Assembly (NCBI GenBank): GCA_965215015.1
Contig: OZ244042.1
Location: 5,376,001 to 5,440,000, forward strand
DNA: 64,000 nt
Source: Candidatus Poribacteria bacterium
GTDB taxonomy: Bacteria; Poribacteria; WGA-4E; PCPOR2b
Direction of reading: 5' to 3'
The notes under the pieces were generated by a model. The model saw only the letters and a program-made list of their open reading frames with translations. It did no database searches and was not told the origin of the DNA. Positions 41,701 to 52,900 of this stretch are shown here, in pieces. How positions within the stretch are numbered: position 1 is the first letter of the stretch; each line of letters opens with the position of its first letter. A program made the translations under genes and the position numbers.

Positions 41701-42174
41701 ATTGATAATCGACAGCGTGAGTGTATCGCCGTGTTGAAAGAGCAGCATCGCGGGTATCGAGAACAACTTGTTGATTTCGCGGGTGATTTGTGACAGTTGG
41801 GTGCGGTTGTAACCGCTGCCTTCCAACCGGATTGCGAAGAAAAGGTAGGACTCGATGATGGTATTATCTACCTGCGTCTGGCTGGGATTGAAACTCCATC
41901 GGGTTGTATCCGTGGGTGTCAGGTCCTCGCCTGTGAGTTGGAAAAGCAGGTCAATAGAGGTCCATTCTGCTGTCAATGCCCTATCGCGCCTTAGTTTTCC
42001 TTGCGGATCATACGCGTCAATAAAGGCGTCGAGGGTATTTGATTCAAGGGCTAGCGTCCTTTCGCTTTGATAGCCGAGTATGTTGAGCAGATTTCGTGCA
42101 TTTTCAGCGAGGGCCCTATCGGTGAAGCGGTTTAGGGCATTCGTGATGGCGGCTTTGTGTTGTGGGTCGTTCAT
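38668..42174 (-). CDS. Type IIG (Eco57I-like) RM enzyme / N6-adenine methyltransferase with TaqI-like target-recognition domain (TRD)
   Basis: 'TGSYYTP', 'LDPAVGSGAF', 'VIGNPPY', C-terminal 'EIDQIVYLLYGLTPEEIAIVE'. Confidence 0.9.
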   Translation of the reverse strand: MNDPQHKAAITNALNRFTDRALAENARNLLNILGYQSERTLALESNTLDAFIDAYDPQGKLRRDRALTAEWTSIDLLFQLTGEDLTPTDTTRWSFNPSQTQVDNTIIESYLFFAIRLEGSGYNRTQLSQITREINKLFSIPAMLLFQHGDTLTLSIINRRLGLRDPSRDVLEKVTLIKNIDYNDTHRAHIDILFDLALEPLNPTHGVRNFVELHRAWEKTLDTEALNKKFYRELFDWFEWAVDEGEFPTNEHRILKPEEHVIRLITRLLFVWFIKEKGLIADDLFNEMHIAPLLKDYERDTGDSYYRAVLQNLFFATLNTEIEKRGFSEGGNPVHRNFSRYRYRDQIADPDQLLGLFAQTPFINGGLFDCLDSEEATRDGGYRVDCFSDVHYSQLSIPNRLFFDDAYGLIPLLKRYKFTVEENTPIEQEVALDPELLGKVFENLLAAYNPETGTTARKQTGSYYTPRAIVDYMVEETLVATLAGQVSPPDGDPKFWDERLRYLFDYAKAFDDATERFDSCESDRVVRAISELKILDPAVGSGAFPMGILHKLTLALRRLDPDNTRWEQLQKERAIQRAADAFDTADDHIRREALLEINETFKRYRDSDFGRKLYLIQNSIFGVDIQSIACQIAKLRFFISLAIEQEPDRAAANFGIKPLPNLETRFVAANTLIGLEGERTLTSRRAKTLEGELGKNRERHFHATTRSQKLACKRADKKLRRALATELTHIGMPADDANKVAAWDPYDPNASADWFDPEWMFGVRKGFDVVIGNPPYINIENLPVTTKHYLFKNYQACEGRTDIYIAFLEKSVSILNIKGIMCFILPRAFATQQYGEKMRRILIENHTIREIVDACSYRIFENAIVYNIVLVVGNHKGQSQTKIRLHYSNADFDTRGGKEFFINQQAFAKLKNSRLETNPLVFNSIKLKEKVWHRAVRFDRICFVAYGARLNHRSKKLGKKYYISQELISGSKRFCEGKNIERYSFSQEGWLNYTPNEHYNPMFPELFENKKLMFINVVKDSLRFAYDDEGFYNSHTVVNCVRLDLLAEVSHISARRAVQSSDSQFSRQYDYRFLLGVLNSIFTKWYFLSFLSEGLHFYPNDAKALPIPNVSPEQQAPMIELVAQILDAKRPDPNADVSELENEIDQIVYLLYGLTPEEIAIVEGLENV

Positions 42175-42200
42175 CTTTAGGCTTTCCTGAGTTTAATCTT

Positions 42201-42311
42201 TTAAGCTAAATCCGTGAAGGGGACAGGCATTTTCATCCCTTTGAACTCGATGCGGTCAGCTTCGCCGAATTCGATGATTTGTAGCAATTCTTCGTCTGTA
42301 AAATCTGACAT
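42201..42311 (-). pseudogene. Schlafen/AlbA_2-like N-terminal fragment
   Basis: MSDFTDEELLQIIEFGEADRIEFK, stopping 12 codons later. Confidence 0.55.
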
Positions 42312-42689
42312 TGTGATTTCCATTCATTTAACTCCCCTCGTGATGTAACCCCTGGCACCGCAGGCGGGGGATTGAGGGGGGCGCAAGCAAGGAGACAATC
42401 CGTGTAGGAAATAGGACACGATTTTCGCAAGCGAAGTGCGTAAGTCCTAATTATTGTCCGAATCGCGGATTAAGCAGATGACGCAGATTGCGCGGCTGCT
42501 TGTCTGAATCAGGATATTCAGGATTGAAGGATTCATAGGATGGGCTCATGTAAAAAAATGATGCAAAGACACCGTAGGAAGGATACCAAGGACTATCGGG
42601 CTCAATCCGCTTTAGACAGTATAGAACATTACAAGAAGGCATGTTAAGGATTGAGCGAGGGCTATCGGCTTACAGAGGCCTCAATAGTA

Positions 42690-43146
42690 TACAATTGTCA
42701 GCATCAGGATTTACCCGATTTTATGATTCTCAGGATTGTTAGGTGCTGGCGTTTCTCTCCTGTTTATCCCTCCCTCCTGGAAACCCTGATTCAGCACACG
42801 GATTCAAAGACTGTCAGAATCAGGATTTACCCGATTTTATGATTCTCAGGATTGTTAGGTGCTGGCGTTTTTATCCTGTTTATCCCTCCAGCCCGGAAAC
42901 CCTGATTCAGCACACGAATTCAAAGACTGTCAGAATCAGGATTTACCCGATTTTATGATTCTGAGGCTTTTTAGATGCTGGCGTTTCTCTCCTGTTTATC
43001 CCTCCCTCCTGGAAACCCTGACTCAGCACACGAATTCAAAGACTGTCAGAATCAGGATTTACCCGATTTTATGATTCTCAGGATTGTTAGGTGCTGGCGT
43101 TTCTCTCCTGTTTATCCTTCCATCCTGGAAACCCTGATTCAGACAT
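42690..43146. repeat. Tandem repeat, four units of about 116 bp
   Basis: 'tgtcagaatcaggatttacccgattttatgattct...cctgtttatcc.tcc...ggaaaccctgattcag' repeated; same core as the 37-38.7 kb array. Confidence 0.9.
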
Positions 43147-43147
43147 T

Positions 43148-43207
43148 AAGGAAGCAGGAGTTGCCTGGCTTGGAGAGATTCCGGAGCATTGGAAAGTCTT
43201 GAAAGTA
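43148..43207 (+). pseudogene. Type I RM specificity subunit (HsdS) conserved-region fragment
   Basis: KEAGVAWLGEIPEHWKV resembles the HsdS motif KDSGVEWLGEIPEHWEV. Confidence 0.6.
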
Positions 43208-43239
43208 AGTCTCTCTTTAGAATACCTTAAAAAAACGTA

Positions 43240-44484
43240 TCAGACCCTCTCCAATGTAAACCGCATCCGATTAAATCGCCCCGCCAACGCAATCACCCGA
43301 TGCTCAACAGCTTTGAGATCATCTCCCTTCAACGCATCAACGATACAATCCGCGACCTCCGGCACATCTACCTCCATCATGCCGCGTCGAGTCACCTCTT
43401 GCACTCCAATCCGTAAGCCCTGCGCTCCCAGCTCCGGCGGAACACTCGCCGCACCGGCAATGATATTGCACGCCTCCAGCTGGTCTGCCATCGCCCTACC
43501 CTCACCAAATTCGTCAACAATCGGTATCAGTGTGTGCGATTCCGTGAAGCCAAGTTCCTCCCCAACAAGACGAATCCCCCGTTCATGTAAGGCCATTCCC
43601 AACGCCTTTGCGTTACTGATGATGGCGTCCGCATGTTCCCTACCACAAGCCAGCCATTCCAGAAATGTCCCCGCTAACGCCGGCAAACGACCGAGGTGGT
43701 GGTTACTCTCAAGCAAAGGGGCAACCGCAGGACCAATCCGTTCTGCAAGAGATTTGGTGTTTGTCAAGATTATCCCACCTTGCGGTCCAGCGAGGGTTTT
43801 ATGCGTGCTCGAAATAATCACATCCGCGCCTTCCTCTAACGGAGACTGAAACCGCCCGCCGGCGATAAGCCCCATGACATGGGCAGCGTCATAGATTAGG
43901 TACGAATCGGGTGTGTATCGGTTCATCGCTTCCCTCAGTTCACGCACCGGCTGCGGAAAAAGAAACACCCCCGACCCAATCGTTACCAGTTTGGGGTGAT
44001 GCTTTTGGATCAGCGCAATCGTCTGATCGAGATCAATGTTAGACCTAACACCATCCCACGGAATAGAGATAGATTCCAGCGATACCTTCAACGGGGACGA
44101 GGCTAACTTGTGTGCATATTGGTGCCCGTTATGAACCTCCAACGCAATATCGCCGGGGCACCCTAACGCGAAGGTAGCTGCAATGCCGGCAATGTTGCCG
44201 GAGAGCGGGCGGAGATCGACATACGCCGCGCCGAAGAGTTGCTTCGCCAGTTCCTGTGCCAGTTCCTCGATCTGGACGATGAACCGATTCCCTTGGTAAA
44301 GCCGTTCCCGTAGGTCAATGCCGGTGTAGTTCCCGTAACGCTGATCCAAATCTTCGACCAACAGCCCCTCCACCAACGGACTTGGAACATTTTCAGAGGC
44401 AATCAGATTTAGACAATTCCCTCGAAATGTGTTGTGCTGCTCCAATAGGAAGTTAATCTCTTTGACTTTTTCGTTAAAATCCAT
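43240..44484 (-). CDS. Serine hydroxymethyltransferase-like PLP enzyme
   Basis: 'LNLIASEN', 'DAAHVMGLIAGG', 'SSTHKTLAGPQGG'; divergent from canonical GlyA. Confidence 0.8.
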   Translation of the reverse strand: MDFNEKVKEINFLLEQHNTFRGNCLNLIASENVPSPLVEGLLVEDLDQRYGNYTGIDLRERLYQGNRFIVQIEELAQELAKQLFGAAYVDLRPLSGNIAGIAATFALGCPGDIALEVHNGHQYAHKLASSPLKVSLESISIPWDGVRSNIDLDQTIALIQKHHPKLVTIGSGVFLFPQPVRELREAMNRYTPDSYLIYDAAHVMGLIAGGRFQSPLEEGADVIISSTHKTLAGPQGGIILTNTKSLAERIGPAVAPLLESNHHLGRLPALAGTFLEWLACGREHADAIISNAKALGMALHERGIRLVGEELGFTESHTLIPIVDEFGEGRAMADQLEACNIIAGAASVPPELGAQGLRIGVQEVTRRGMMEVDVPEVADCIVDALKGDDLKAVEHRVIALAGRFNRMRFTLERV

Positions 44485-44638
44485 AGAAACCTCGCTCTAG
44501 ACAAGCTTTCACTTCGTTCGGGAGCCGATTTGCCCCTATCGTTAAAAAATCACGCCTATAATCTTTGATGTGAGTTGGTGAGGTTGTCGTTTCCACATCG
44601 TTCAAGAATTAAGAAGTTGCAAACCAGCACTATTGGTT

Positions 44639-46006
44639 CTATAGTTGCCCCGATGTCACATCCCAATTTTCGAGTAGGGCTTGGTAGGTTGGGTCTTCAT
44701 AACGCGAAAGGAGGAAGGCCGGGGCATATTCGGGGAGTTCACTGCCAGTGATGTGGGCCGCCAATAACTCGCCTGCCGCTTGAGATGCCATAATACCGTA
44801 GCCTGACAGTCCCCCAATTACATACGTACCCTCAATCGGCAGGGGACCAATCAACGGTCGATTCTCCCGCGTCTTGCAATAATACCCACCATCGGCATAC
44901 GCTTGGCCTCCGTGACCAAAATACGCTGACAGACCGGGAATCATCCGGGCGAGACCGCGTATCAAGATTTCGGGGTAATCCGGATCGAACGTCGGGGGCC
45001 AAACCGGGGCGTGGGGTTCAATATCATACGTCCAAATGGCAAGAAGCACATGCGTATCGCCGTCCATGCGTGATCGGAAATGAACACCGGCAGGAAATTC
45101 ATCGAGCAGCCAACGAGTCTCGTCACCCGCTGCTAGCTTTTCGCGCTCTGCATCAGTCCAAGGTAGGTTAATTGGATCGCTCCAAAACAGCAGCGGTGTA
45201 TCCGTTGGCACTATACCCAATTCATCTCGGAGAGCAATCTTGCCGTGCAGCTCATTGAAAACAGGGAGGTCCACCCCTATCATCGCGCCAACCTCCTTGA
45301 GATAGGGGCCCGCGGCGATGACGAAGGTGCCAGTATTGATACAATCTCCGGATTGAAGGTGAATCCCTGCGACCTGATTGTCAGTGACCGTAACGCCTGT
45401 CACACGATCAGGGACGAGGCACACCCCGGCGTGTTGCGCCTCGGCTAATAACCATTTCCCCAGTTTTTGGGCGTCTAGCCAGCCTGCGCGGCGGACATGC
45501 AGTGCCGCTATCGCATCTTCCGCTACAAACGGAAACTGTTCCCGGACGAGATTTGGAGACAGAAGCAAATCTACGCCGACAGGTAAGCCCTCAAAGCCTT
45601 CGGACGGCGAGGGGATGTAAGGGGTAGGACCCGGATGCTCCCGAATCGGTCCTGCACCGAGGGCAGAGTTTTCAGCAGCAGCAGCCTTCATGACAGGAAT
45701 TTGATGGGCATCCGCCGTTAAGAAGACATAGCCGCGTCGGTTCATTTGGAAGCAGTTATCTGTCTCTTGTGCCAGCTCCTCTAACAGGTCAATAGAGCGA
45801 TTTACGAAACGCACCATCGTATCGCCGGGCCCAGGCCACCAGTTTCGATACGCCTCTGTCCCTTTATTGCTCGTGAGCGTCAACGGCTCCCTTTCATCAA
45901 CTAGGACGATATCCTTGACGCCACCTCGGACTGCTAGATGATATGCTGCGGCAATTCCAGCCATCCCCGCGCCGCAAATGACAATCTCTGAACTTATACT
46001 TGTCAA
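44639..46006 (-). CDS. FAD-dependent oxidoreductase (DAO / sarcosine oxidase family)
   Basis: 'GAGMAG', 'VIAAGP', 'RPLIGP', 'SGYGIM'. Confidence 0.85.
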   Translation of the reverse strand: MTSISSEIVICGAGMAGIAAAYHLAVRGGVKDIVLVDEREPLTLTSNKGTEAYRNWWPGPGDTMVRFVNRSIDLLEELAQETDNCFQMNRRGYVFLTADAHQIPVMKAAAAENSALGAGPIREHPGPTPYIPSPSEGFEGLPVGVDLLLSPNLVREQFPFVAEDAIAALHVRRAGWLDAQKLGKWLLAEAQHAGVCLVPDRVTGVTVTDNQVAGIHLQSGDCINTGTFVIAAGPYLKEVGAMIGVDLPVFNELHGKIALRDELGIVPTDTPLLFWSDPINLPWTDAEREKLAAGDETRWLLDEFPAGVHFRSRMDGDTHVLLAIWTYDIEPHAPVWPPTFDPDYPEILIRGLARMIPGLSAYFGHGGQAYADGGYYCKTRENRPLIGPLPIEGTYVIGGLSGYGIMASQAAGELLAAHITGSELPEYAPAFLLSRYEDPTYQALLENWDVTSGQL

Positions 46007-46975
46007 CCCTAAATCCCCTCTCCAGAGTCAGTGTTCGATCCTTGTACCCAAGCTCACAATTTATCCGAATCTAACATAGGGTATCTGATACAAAATGTCA
46101 AGCAAAAATTAAGGCACTCATCGGAAATCTCTTGTCCAGACCGTGTAGGTTCGTTGAACGGTTAAAGACAAAACCCTATTAAGCACAATAGAGATTCTGC
46201 CTTTCAACGACACCTGTTTTGTGAATTTCGACTGAGACCAATACCTGTAGGTCGGGCCTCTTGCCCAATCCTCGTGGCGCAGGTTTCCCAACTGCGATCA
46301 CCGGTTCGTAGTAGTGCAATTCATTGCACGTTACCTTTTTCCCCAATTCCGCGAGGATATTCGGTCGTTTGTTCATGCACTGCCTCCCACTATCTCTTTG
46401 AGCACAAAGGCTTTTCATGCCTGACCGGTTCAAATTTCAAGCCGAATTTCGTCGTATGCGTCGGTTTGAACTTGTAGGTCTTCATCGGAGTCGCTTTCAT
46501 TTCCATTTCATTTGGGGGTGAGCGACACTGATAAGCGGCGGCCTGAAAATCCCTCACCAAAGCCAAAACAAGTATACCCCATTTTGCGATTGTTAGGGAC
46601 TTGATAGCCTGATGGATTCAAGAGCCTAACAATCTGACAATTTCAACCGTTGTTTGACTGAATACCCTTTGCCAATCTGTATACCCGTCTTAAAAGACGG
46701 GGTTCTATCCACAGATTCTCTAAAAAAAATGAGCGATTGCGATCGACAAACCTTTCTATCGATACTATTATAATACAGGACTGGGTATTCAAAACCCTTT
46801 ACTTTACCATTAGCCTTTTCTGTTTTCAACAACGTTTTGGTGCATAATTGACCTAATGAATGACAAGAGGCCCAATAGGCAGAACGTTATCTTTTGCAGT
46901 AGCGTCTGTAAGATGTGAAAAGGGCTCCATCATTGTTAACCAACCTAAGATTAACTCACGTGAAAGGATTTTATT

Positions 46976-49900
46976 GTGATTAAACGATTAAACCAACGAA
47001 ATGTAAATTTTCAGAAATTAAGCGTATTTTTTGTTATCAGTTTGATGTTGTTTGTGGGGTTGTTTATTAACGAGGCAGCACCGCAAGGTTTGATATTTTC
47101 GGACCTGATGAGTTTCCAATTTTTCCCGGTCGGCGGGACCGATGAGGTGGCTCCACAGGAAGAGCGTATTCCACTAGACGCTATTGAGTATGGCTCCACT
47201 TACTGGATGAAAGCTTATTATACAACGCACAACGACGACGGTAAGCAAGGGTTTCGGTTGGACATCCCAGACGAGCTTGAGTTGGTGGACCCGAGAAACA
47301 CCCTGTCCATCCGGGTGCGTGCTTTCCACACAAGTTATAGCAACAGTGTACTTAGTTCAGGAACTCCTCCACCAAATGAAGTCTCTGGTTGGTTCCCGGG
47401 CGTGACTAACTATCTACAAAGATACACCCTAGCCAGGGATCACACCAATGTAGCTGCGGGTCCTAAAGTGCCTCCTTCTTTAGGCTATCCACCGGGTGAT
47501 GAAGGTGATGGGGTGATTTACGGCAATCCAAGCTATCATAAGGGCTGGTTCGCGGAGGTTCCCTATGCATATGAGATGAGTTATAGTGAGGATCCGCCTG
47601 ACCTAAGCGATCAGAATCAGAAGGGTGTATTCGTTAACGAAAATCGGATAACAATCAGACAATCCGCTGACGATTTGGAAGCTGTGGCTCAAAATCCAAG
47701 AAATAATGACCATAAAATGGATGCTCCGGTAGTAAGAGTTCACTACCTAATCACCTGTAAGGTACGTTTCCCTGCTGTCAAGCCCATTAGTACTACCTAT
47801 ACATTCAGCTACGAGGTCCAGACCGAAGATGACGGCTGGAGGCCGCTGAACACGACGTCCCTAAATGTACAAAATCTCCCGTCCCGCTTCCATCGTTTTG
47901 AGACTTCAACAACACCACCAGATGTTACGCACAACTCACGCCTCCTGATATTTGATCCCCAGAACCGTGCGCCCGTATATGGGCCTCATGGAAGTTCAGG
48001 GAAGCCCGATGATATGAGTGTGACCGAATATATTCACTCCAGGAGACAAACAGGCACCCCCAGTGATGCCAACTTTTATGTAACAGTCCGGGGCAGTGCA
48101 AGTGTACAAGTAGGTTGGGGTTTCCGAGAAGCGGCTGGTGATCCGCTTCCGGATATTACTGTTGCTACTGATGTGGATGTCGAGGAAAGCACGCTTCCGC
48201 TTGCTGCTGGCAGTCTTCGGAACGTTCTGAAATTTATCTACAGACCAACGGCTGATAACCTGTCTGGTGGACGCTTTCGGATAGCGTTTCCAGCCGGTGG
48301 TTGGAAGGTGTCTAACAAGTTTCTATCGGTCATCGATGGTGACACAGAAATATACGAAACGGATGGAGATGGCAACGTCTCAGCAGATAGTGATACGGAT
48401 AGGGTGACCTTTGAAGCGGACAAGCGGATAACCGTCGCCCTCGATTCGGCGTGGGGGCCCCAGCGGGGTGATAGAGACCTCATCATCCAATTTGGTGATG
48501 TAACGGCTCCGATTCCTCCTCGTCTGCCTGATACGGACAACGATGCTGGGGATCAGAACACCAATGTTGCGTATTTTACCTATCAATTCCTATACAGTGA
48601 GAGTACGAGGAACAGTGTGCTTGGTCCGTTACCCAGTCAGCCGGGTGTCAGGGTTGGCGATATTATAGGAGGGGGTACCGACCGTGACCCTCTCGAAAGA
48701 AAGCTGACAATTGAACCGGGGCGGGTATTTCCGGGTGAGACAGATACCGAATTCACTCTCACCTTCACAGCCCCTGGGCCGATGTACGATAGTAGCCTTC
48801 ACATACGTTATAGCGGCGGGGCAGCACATTTAGGACCACAGGACGCCCCCGTGCGTGAGGATTTTAAGGTGACAGGCAGGGGCCAGCCCAAACCCATACT
48901 AGGTAGTGAGACTGCACCTATCAATTTTTCAAATGTTGGTGGGGCTGCTTTACTACTAGATATCCCCATTATCAAGCTTGATACGGGTCAGCAAATTATC
49001 GTTTCGTATACTCGTGAGGCCGGGATTGGTGACGGGACGGATGCGGGGACTGACCCGTTTATCCTCCCGGAGATCACCGCGGACACCGTTATTGGGTCGA
49101 CGATCGCGAGGTACGTTAATAATGACGAGGATTGGGCTGCGGATATTGGGGCCGACGATGTAGAAGTCAGTGGTGGTGTGTGGGTTGCTGCGGCGGGTTC
49201 TGGTAAGTTGGACTTGTCTCCAGCGTCTGTAGAGGCGGGTTCTCAACGGAGAGATATCACCCTGACCTATACCGCCTATACCGACCTTGAGGGTATCACG
49301 TTAACGATTGAGCCGAAAGGCATTGTTATCGATGATGATACCCAGCAACTCCAAACCGACACCTCGACGGACTATGGGTATGTTTCGGGTTCTGAAGGGT
49401 TCGTGGTAAACGACGGGGATACCCTTGAGTGGTCCGGTCTCGACCTTGAAAAAGGGAAAACCGTGACCGCCAGAATCCGCAGGGTCAATATTCTCGCAGA
49501 AGCCGACGAGTATGAATGGGGTGTGATGGTTGACGGTGAGGAACTTGCCAATGACACTACCACCGACATTGATGATCGTCCGATCCTCTCGGTTGTGAAG
49601 ACCTCAGGCGATGCGGTTCGATTTGAAGTTGATGGCGAGGACACTTTCCGTGCCGGAAGTAAAGCAAAAATCAATTTCAAGTTTATAGCGGATTCGACCC
49701 CCATACGGGACGGCGAGGTGCGGTTGACCATCCCGTCCACTTTGGGCAGTCCACCAACCAAGGCAGACGCAACCGCCGGTGAGGTGGCCGTCGAGGGCGA
49801 TGCAGACAAGAGCGGGGGTGCCGGGGATATTGGTGCGGATCAGATAACCGTCTCCGGTCGCACCATCACCGTTGCAATCGGTCGGCTCGATGTCGGGGGC

Positions 49901-52900
49901 TCCGTCACGATTAAGTATGGTGCTGCCGATGATAGTCAAGCCGTCTTACATCATGTCGCCGGTGCAGTCCAAGTGTCCGGCACCTTTAGAACGTCATCGG
50001 GTGCCAGCACCCGGACCGCTGGGACCGCCACGGTCACGCTGAGCAACGTCGAAGACGGTACGGGGACAGCCGTGCTATCGCCGGGGACGATTGAGGCGGG
50101 TAGTAGCAATCGGGCGATTGAGGTCGTGTTCACCGCAGCCGGCACGATGGATGGCGGGGCTGTGAGCCTTGGAATTCCGGACGGTTGGGGGGCGATGCAG
50201 AACGATCCGACCCAGCGGAATTATGTGACGACGCGCGGGGCAGGGGTCTCCGCCGTGGAGATAACCGATCGCCACGCGATAGCGACCATCGATACGCTTT
50301 CCAAAGGGGGGAGTTTCCGATTTATCTACGGGGGTGGCACCGGTGCCGCTGTCGGTGCGGAGGTTCAGGACAATGTTGGCACCGCCCAGTTCGTGATTAA
50401 ATCCGATGGGGATGGCGACGGCGTTTTCGCTGCCCTTACCAGCGACTTGGAACACACCGGCCGGGAGCAGATAAGAAATCCGGACAAGACGCAGAAGATT
50501 TATAAAGATGCTGACGGTGTCTTACAAGTCAAAGTGACCAGCGCATTGGACGGGACGGGAACGGTTACATTGGATACCCCCTCAGTCCGTGCGGCGTCCG
50601 ACGATGTGAAATTGGTGTTTATCTACAAACCGAGTCAGACGATTGAAGATGGGGAGCTGAGATTCACCGTCCCGTCGAGCTGGAGTCAACCGCAGGTCGA
50701 AGAGGTCAGTCTGCCGGGGTATACTGAGGTGGATGGCGTGGGACTTGGCAGCGTCATGGACGATGATAAATTCTCTGTGACCGTGCCTATCTTCTCGCTT
50801 GACAAAGCCAATGAGATAACGATTACCTACGGTGCGACCGAGGCAGGGCGTGCGGTAGCTTCAGCCACGACCGGTGTTGATGCGTTTCGGTTTGCCGTTC
50901 AGGGCGGTGAAAGCGGGAACCTCGCACCGATTCGAACGCAGCCGACCGTCACAGTCAACCCGCAAGCCAGTGGTAAAGGCAAAGCGGTCATTGCCGTGAC
51001 CGATGGGGAGGGGACGCTTCATACCGGTGATACCGGCAGGGAGCTGACCGTCACCTACACCGCAGTGGGTCAAATGGTCGGGGGTAAGGTGCGCCTCGAG
51101 GTCCCCGCCGGTTGGTCTGCACCGACCGCGGAGACGGTGGCGATTACACCCGCAATCCCACCCACCTTTAGTGGTCAAATGGCTATCGTCGAAGGCGTCA
51201 ACTTGAGTGCCAACGGGACGGTGACCTTTGTCTATACAGGTGATGTGCAGCCCAAGGTGGGCACCGGTGTCGCCTTTGCCGTTGGAGTGGACGGGGGCGA
51301 TGCAGCCGATAAGTTTGACAATGTCTCCGGCGATGAGACCATGCTGACCGTCGATGTTGACGAGGCGAGACAGGGTGCCGGTTCGGGTGAGGTCACACCG
51401 AGAATTGTAGACGCCGGGGCGACAGGCGTGAACCTGACCTTTACCTACACCGCCGTAGGCATCATCAACGCGCCACGGGAATTCCGGGTGCAGGTGCCCA
51501 TCGGTTGGACGGCGCCGAGCAGTGCGGCGATGGACCCTGAAAATAAGGGAACCTACACCGTTGCACACCGGCATATGGGGGTTGCGACGACGGTGAGTGT
51601 CGAGAAACTGGCACCGGTCGGCCGAGACATGGTTGCGCGTGTGAAATTGGGCGGGCTTGAGGTCGAAGCGGGAGATGAAATTATCTTCACCTACCACAAT
51701 GCCGACGCCCCTGCCAACCGTGAGGTCTCTGAATTCGTGATGCTGTTTGATGGTCGACAGGTAGGTTCCAATGTGTCGGTCCGCGTCCAAGCCTCGACGC
51801 CGAGCCAACTCACACTGAGCAGTGCAGGCACCGTTTCAGCCGACGACGGTGCGATGCCGTTAGGTATCACGGTCGGATTGAGAGATGCCGATGGGCATGA
51901 GGTCGCGATGGCGTCCGATGTGGCGGTCACCCTGACCTCCAGCTCCGCAGGCACCTTCTCTGAGCTCGCTGAAGGGACGGGAACCGAGAGCATCACCGTG
52001 ACCGTTGCAGGCGGCGACGTCTCAGCGATGGTCTACTATCAAGATTCGACACCCGGTATCGCAACGATTACCGCGACAGCACCGGGACTGACGATGGCGA
52101 GCCAGCCGGTCACGGTCACCACCTCTGTGGTAGCCATTACCGAAGGCAGCGTCACGATTGAACCGGCACTGGCTATGGCTGGCGATACCGTCACCGTTAG
52201 CGCGATGGGGACAGCCGGTCGAACCGTGATGTTCTCCGTCGGTTCCATTGTCACCGACCGGTCGATGGCAGAAGTATCGAGCGGTGCCTACAGCGGGTCG
52301 TTTACCGTCGTTGCCGATCAGCACGCCGATGGGATGTATGATGTGTCGGTCAGTCTGAATGGTCAAGGTGCGATGGTGTCCAATGCGTTGACACTTGACA
52401 GCACAATGCCGACCGTGATGGCGATGGCAGCGCCTGATACCGTTGCCAACGGTGAGCCGGTGGAAATCTCTGCGACCGTCTCCGACGCGAGCAGCATCAC
52501 CTCCGTGATGGCGGATGTCTCCATGTTAGACACCACCCAAACCGATGCGGTCAGTCTGACGATGGGTGCCGATGGGTCGTATAGTGCCTCGGTCGTTGTC
52601 AGTGAAGATAACACAGCCATCAACGGGGCCAAAACCATCACCGTAACCGCTATCGACGCCGCCGGCAACAGCGGCAGCGGCACGGCGATGGTTACGTTGG
52701 ACAACATGCTGTCCTACACCTCAACGATACCGGCGGGGACGAGCCTGTTCCACGTCCCATTGGCAGTTGAGGGCCTCAACACAGTAGGCGACCTCCGAGA
52801 GATGCTCGGCAGCGACGCCAATCTGCTGATTGTCTATGATAGTGCCACCGATTTATGGAATAGTCGGAGCGACGATGTCCCGATTACCCCAGACCTGGGT

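Noticed and set aside
43091-43849. 252-aa plus-strand ORF
   Set aside because: It is a chimera of repeat, HsdS stub and the antisense of the SHMT-like gene.
50861-51808. Long antisense ORFs within the giant gene and purL
   Set aside because: These are typical GC-rich shadow frames opposite well-supported genes.
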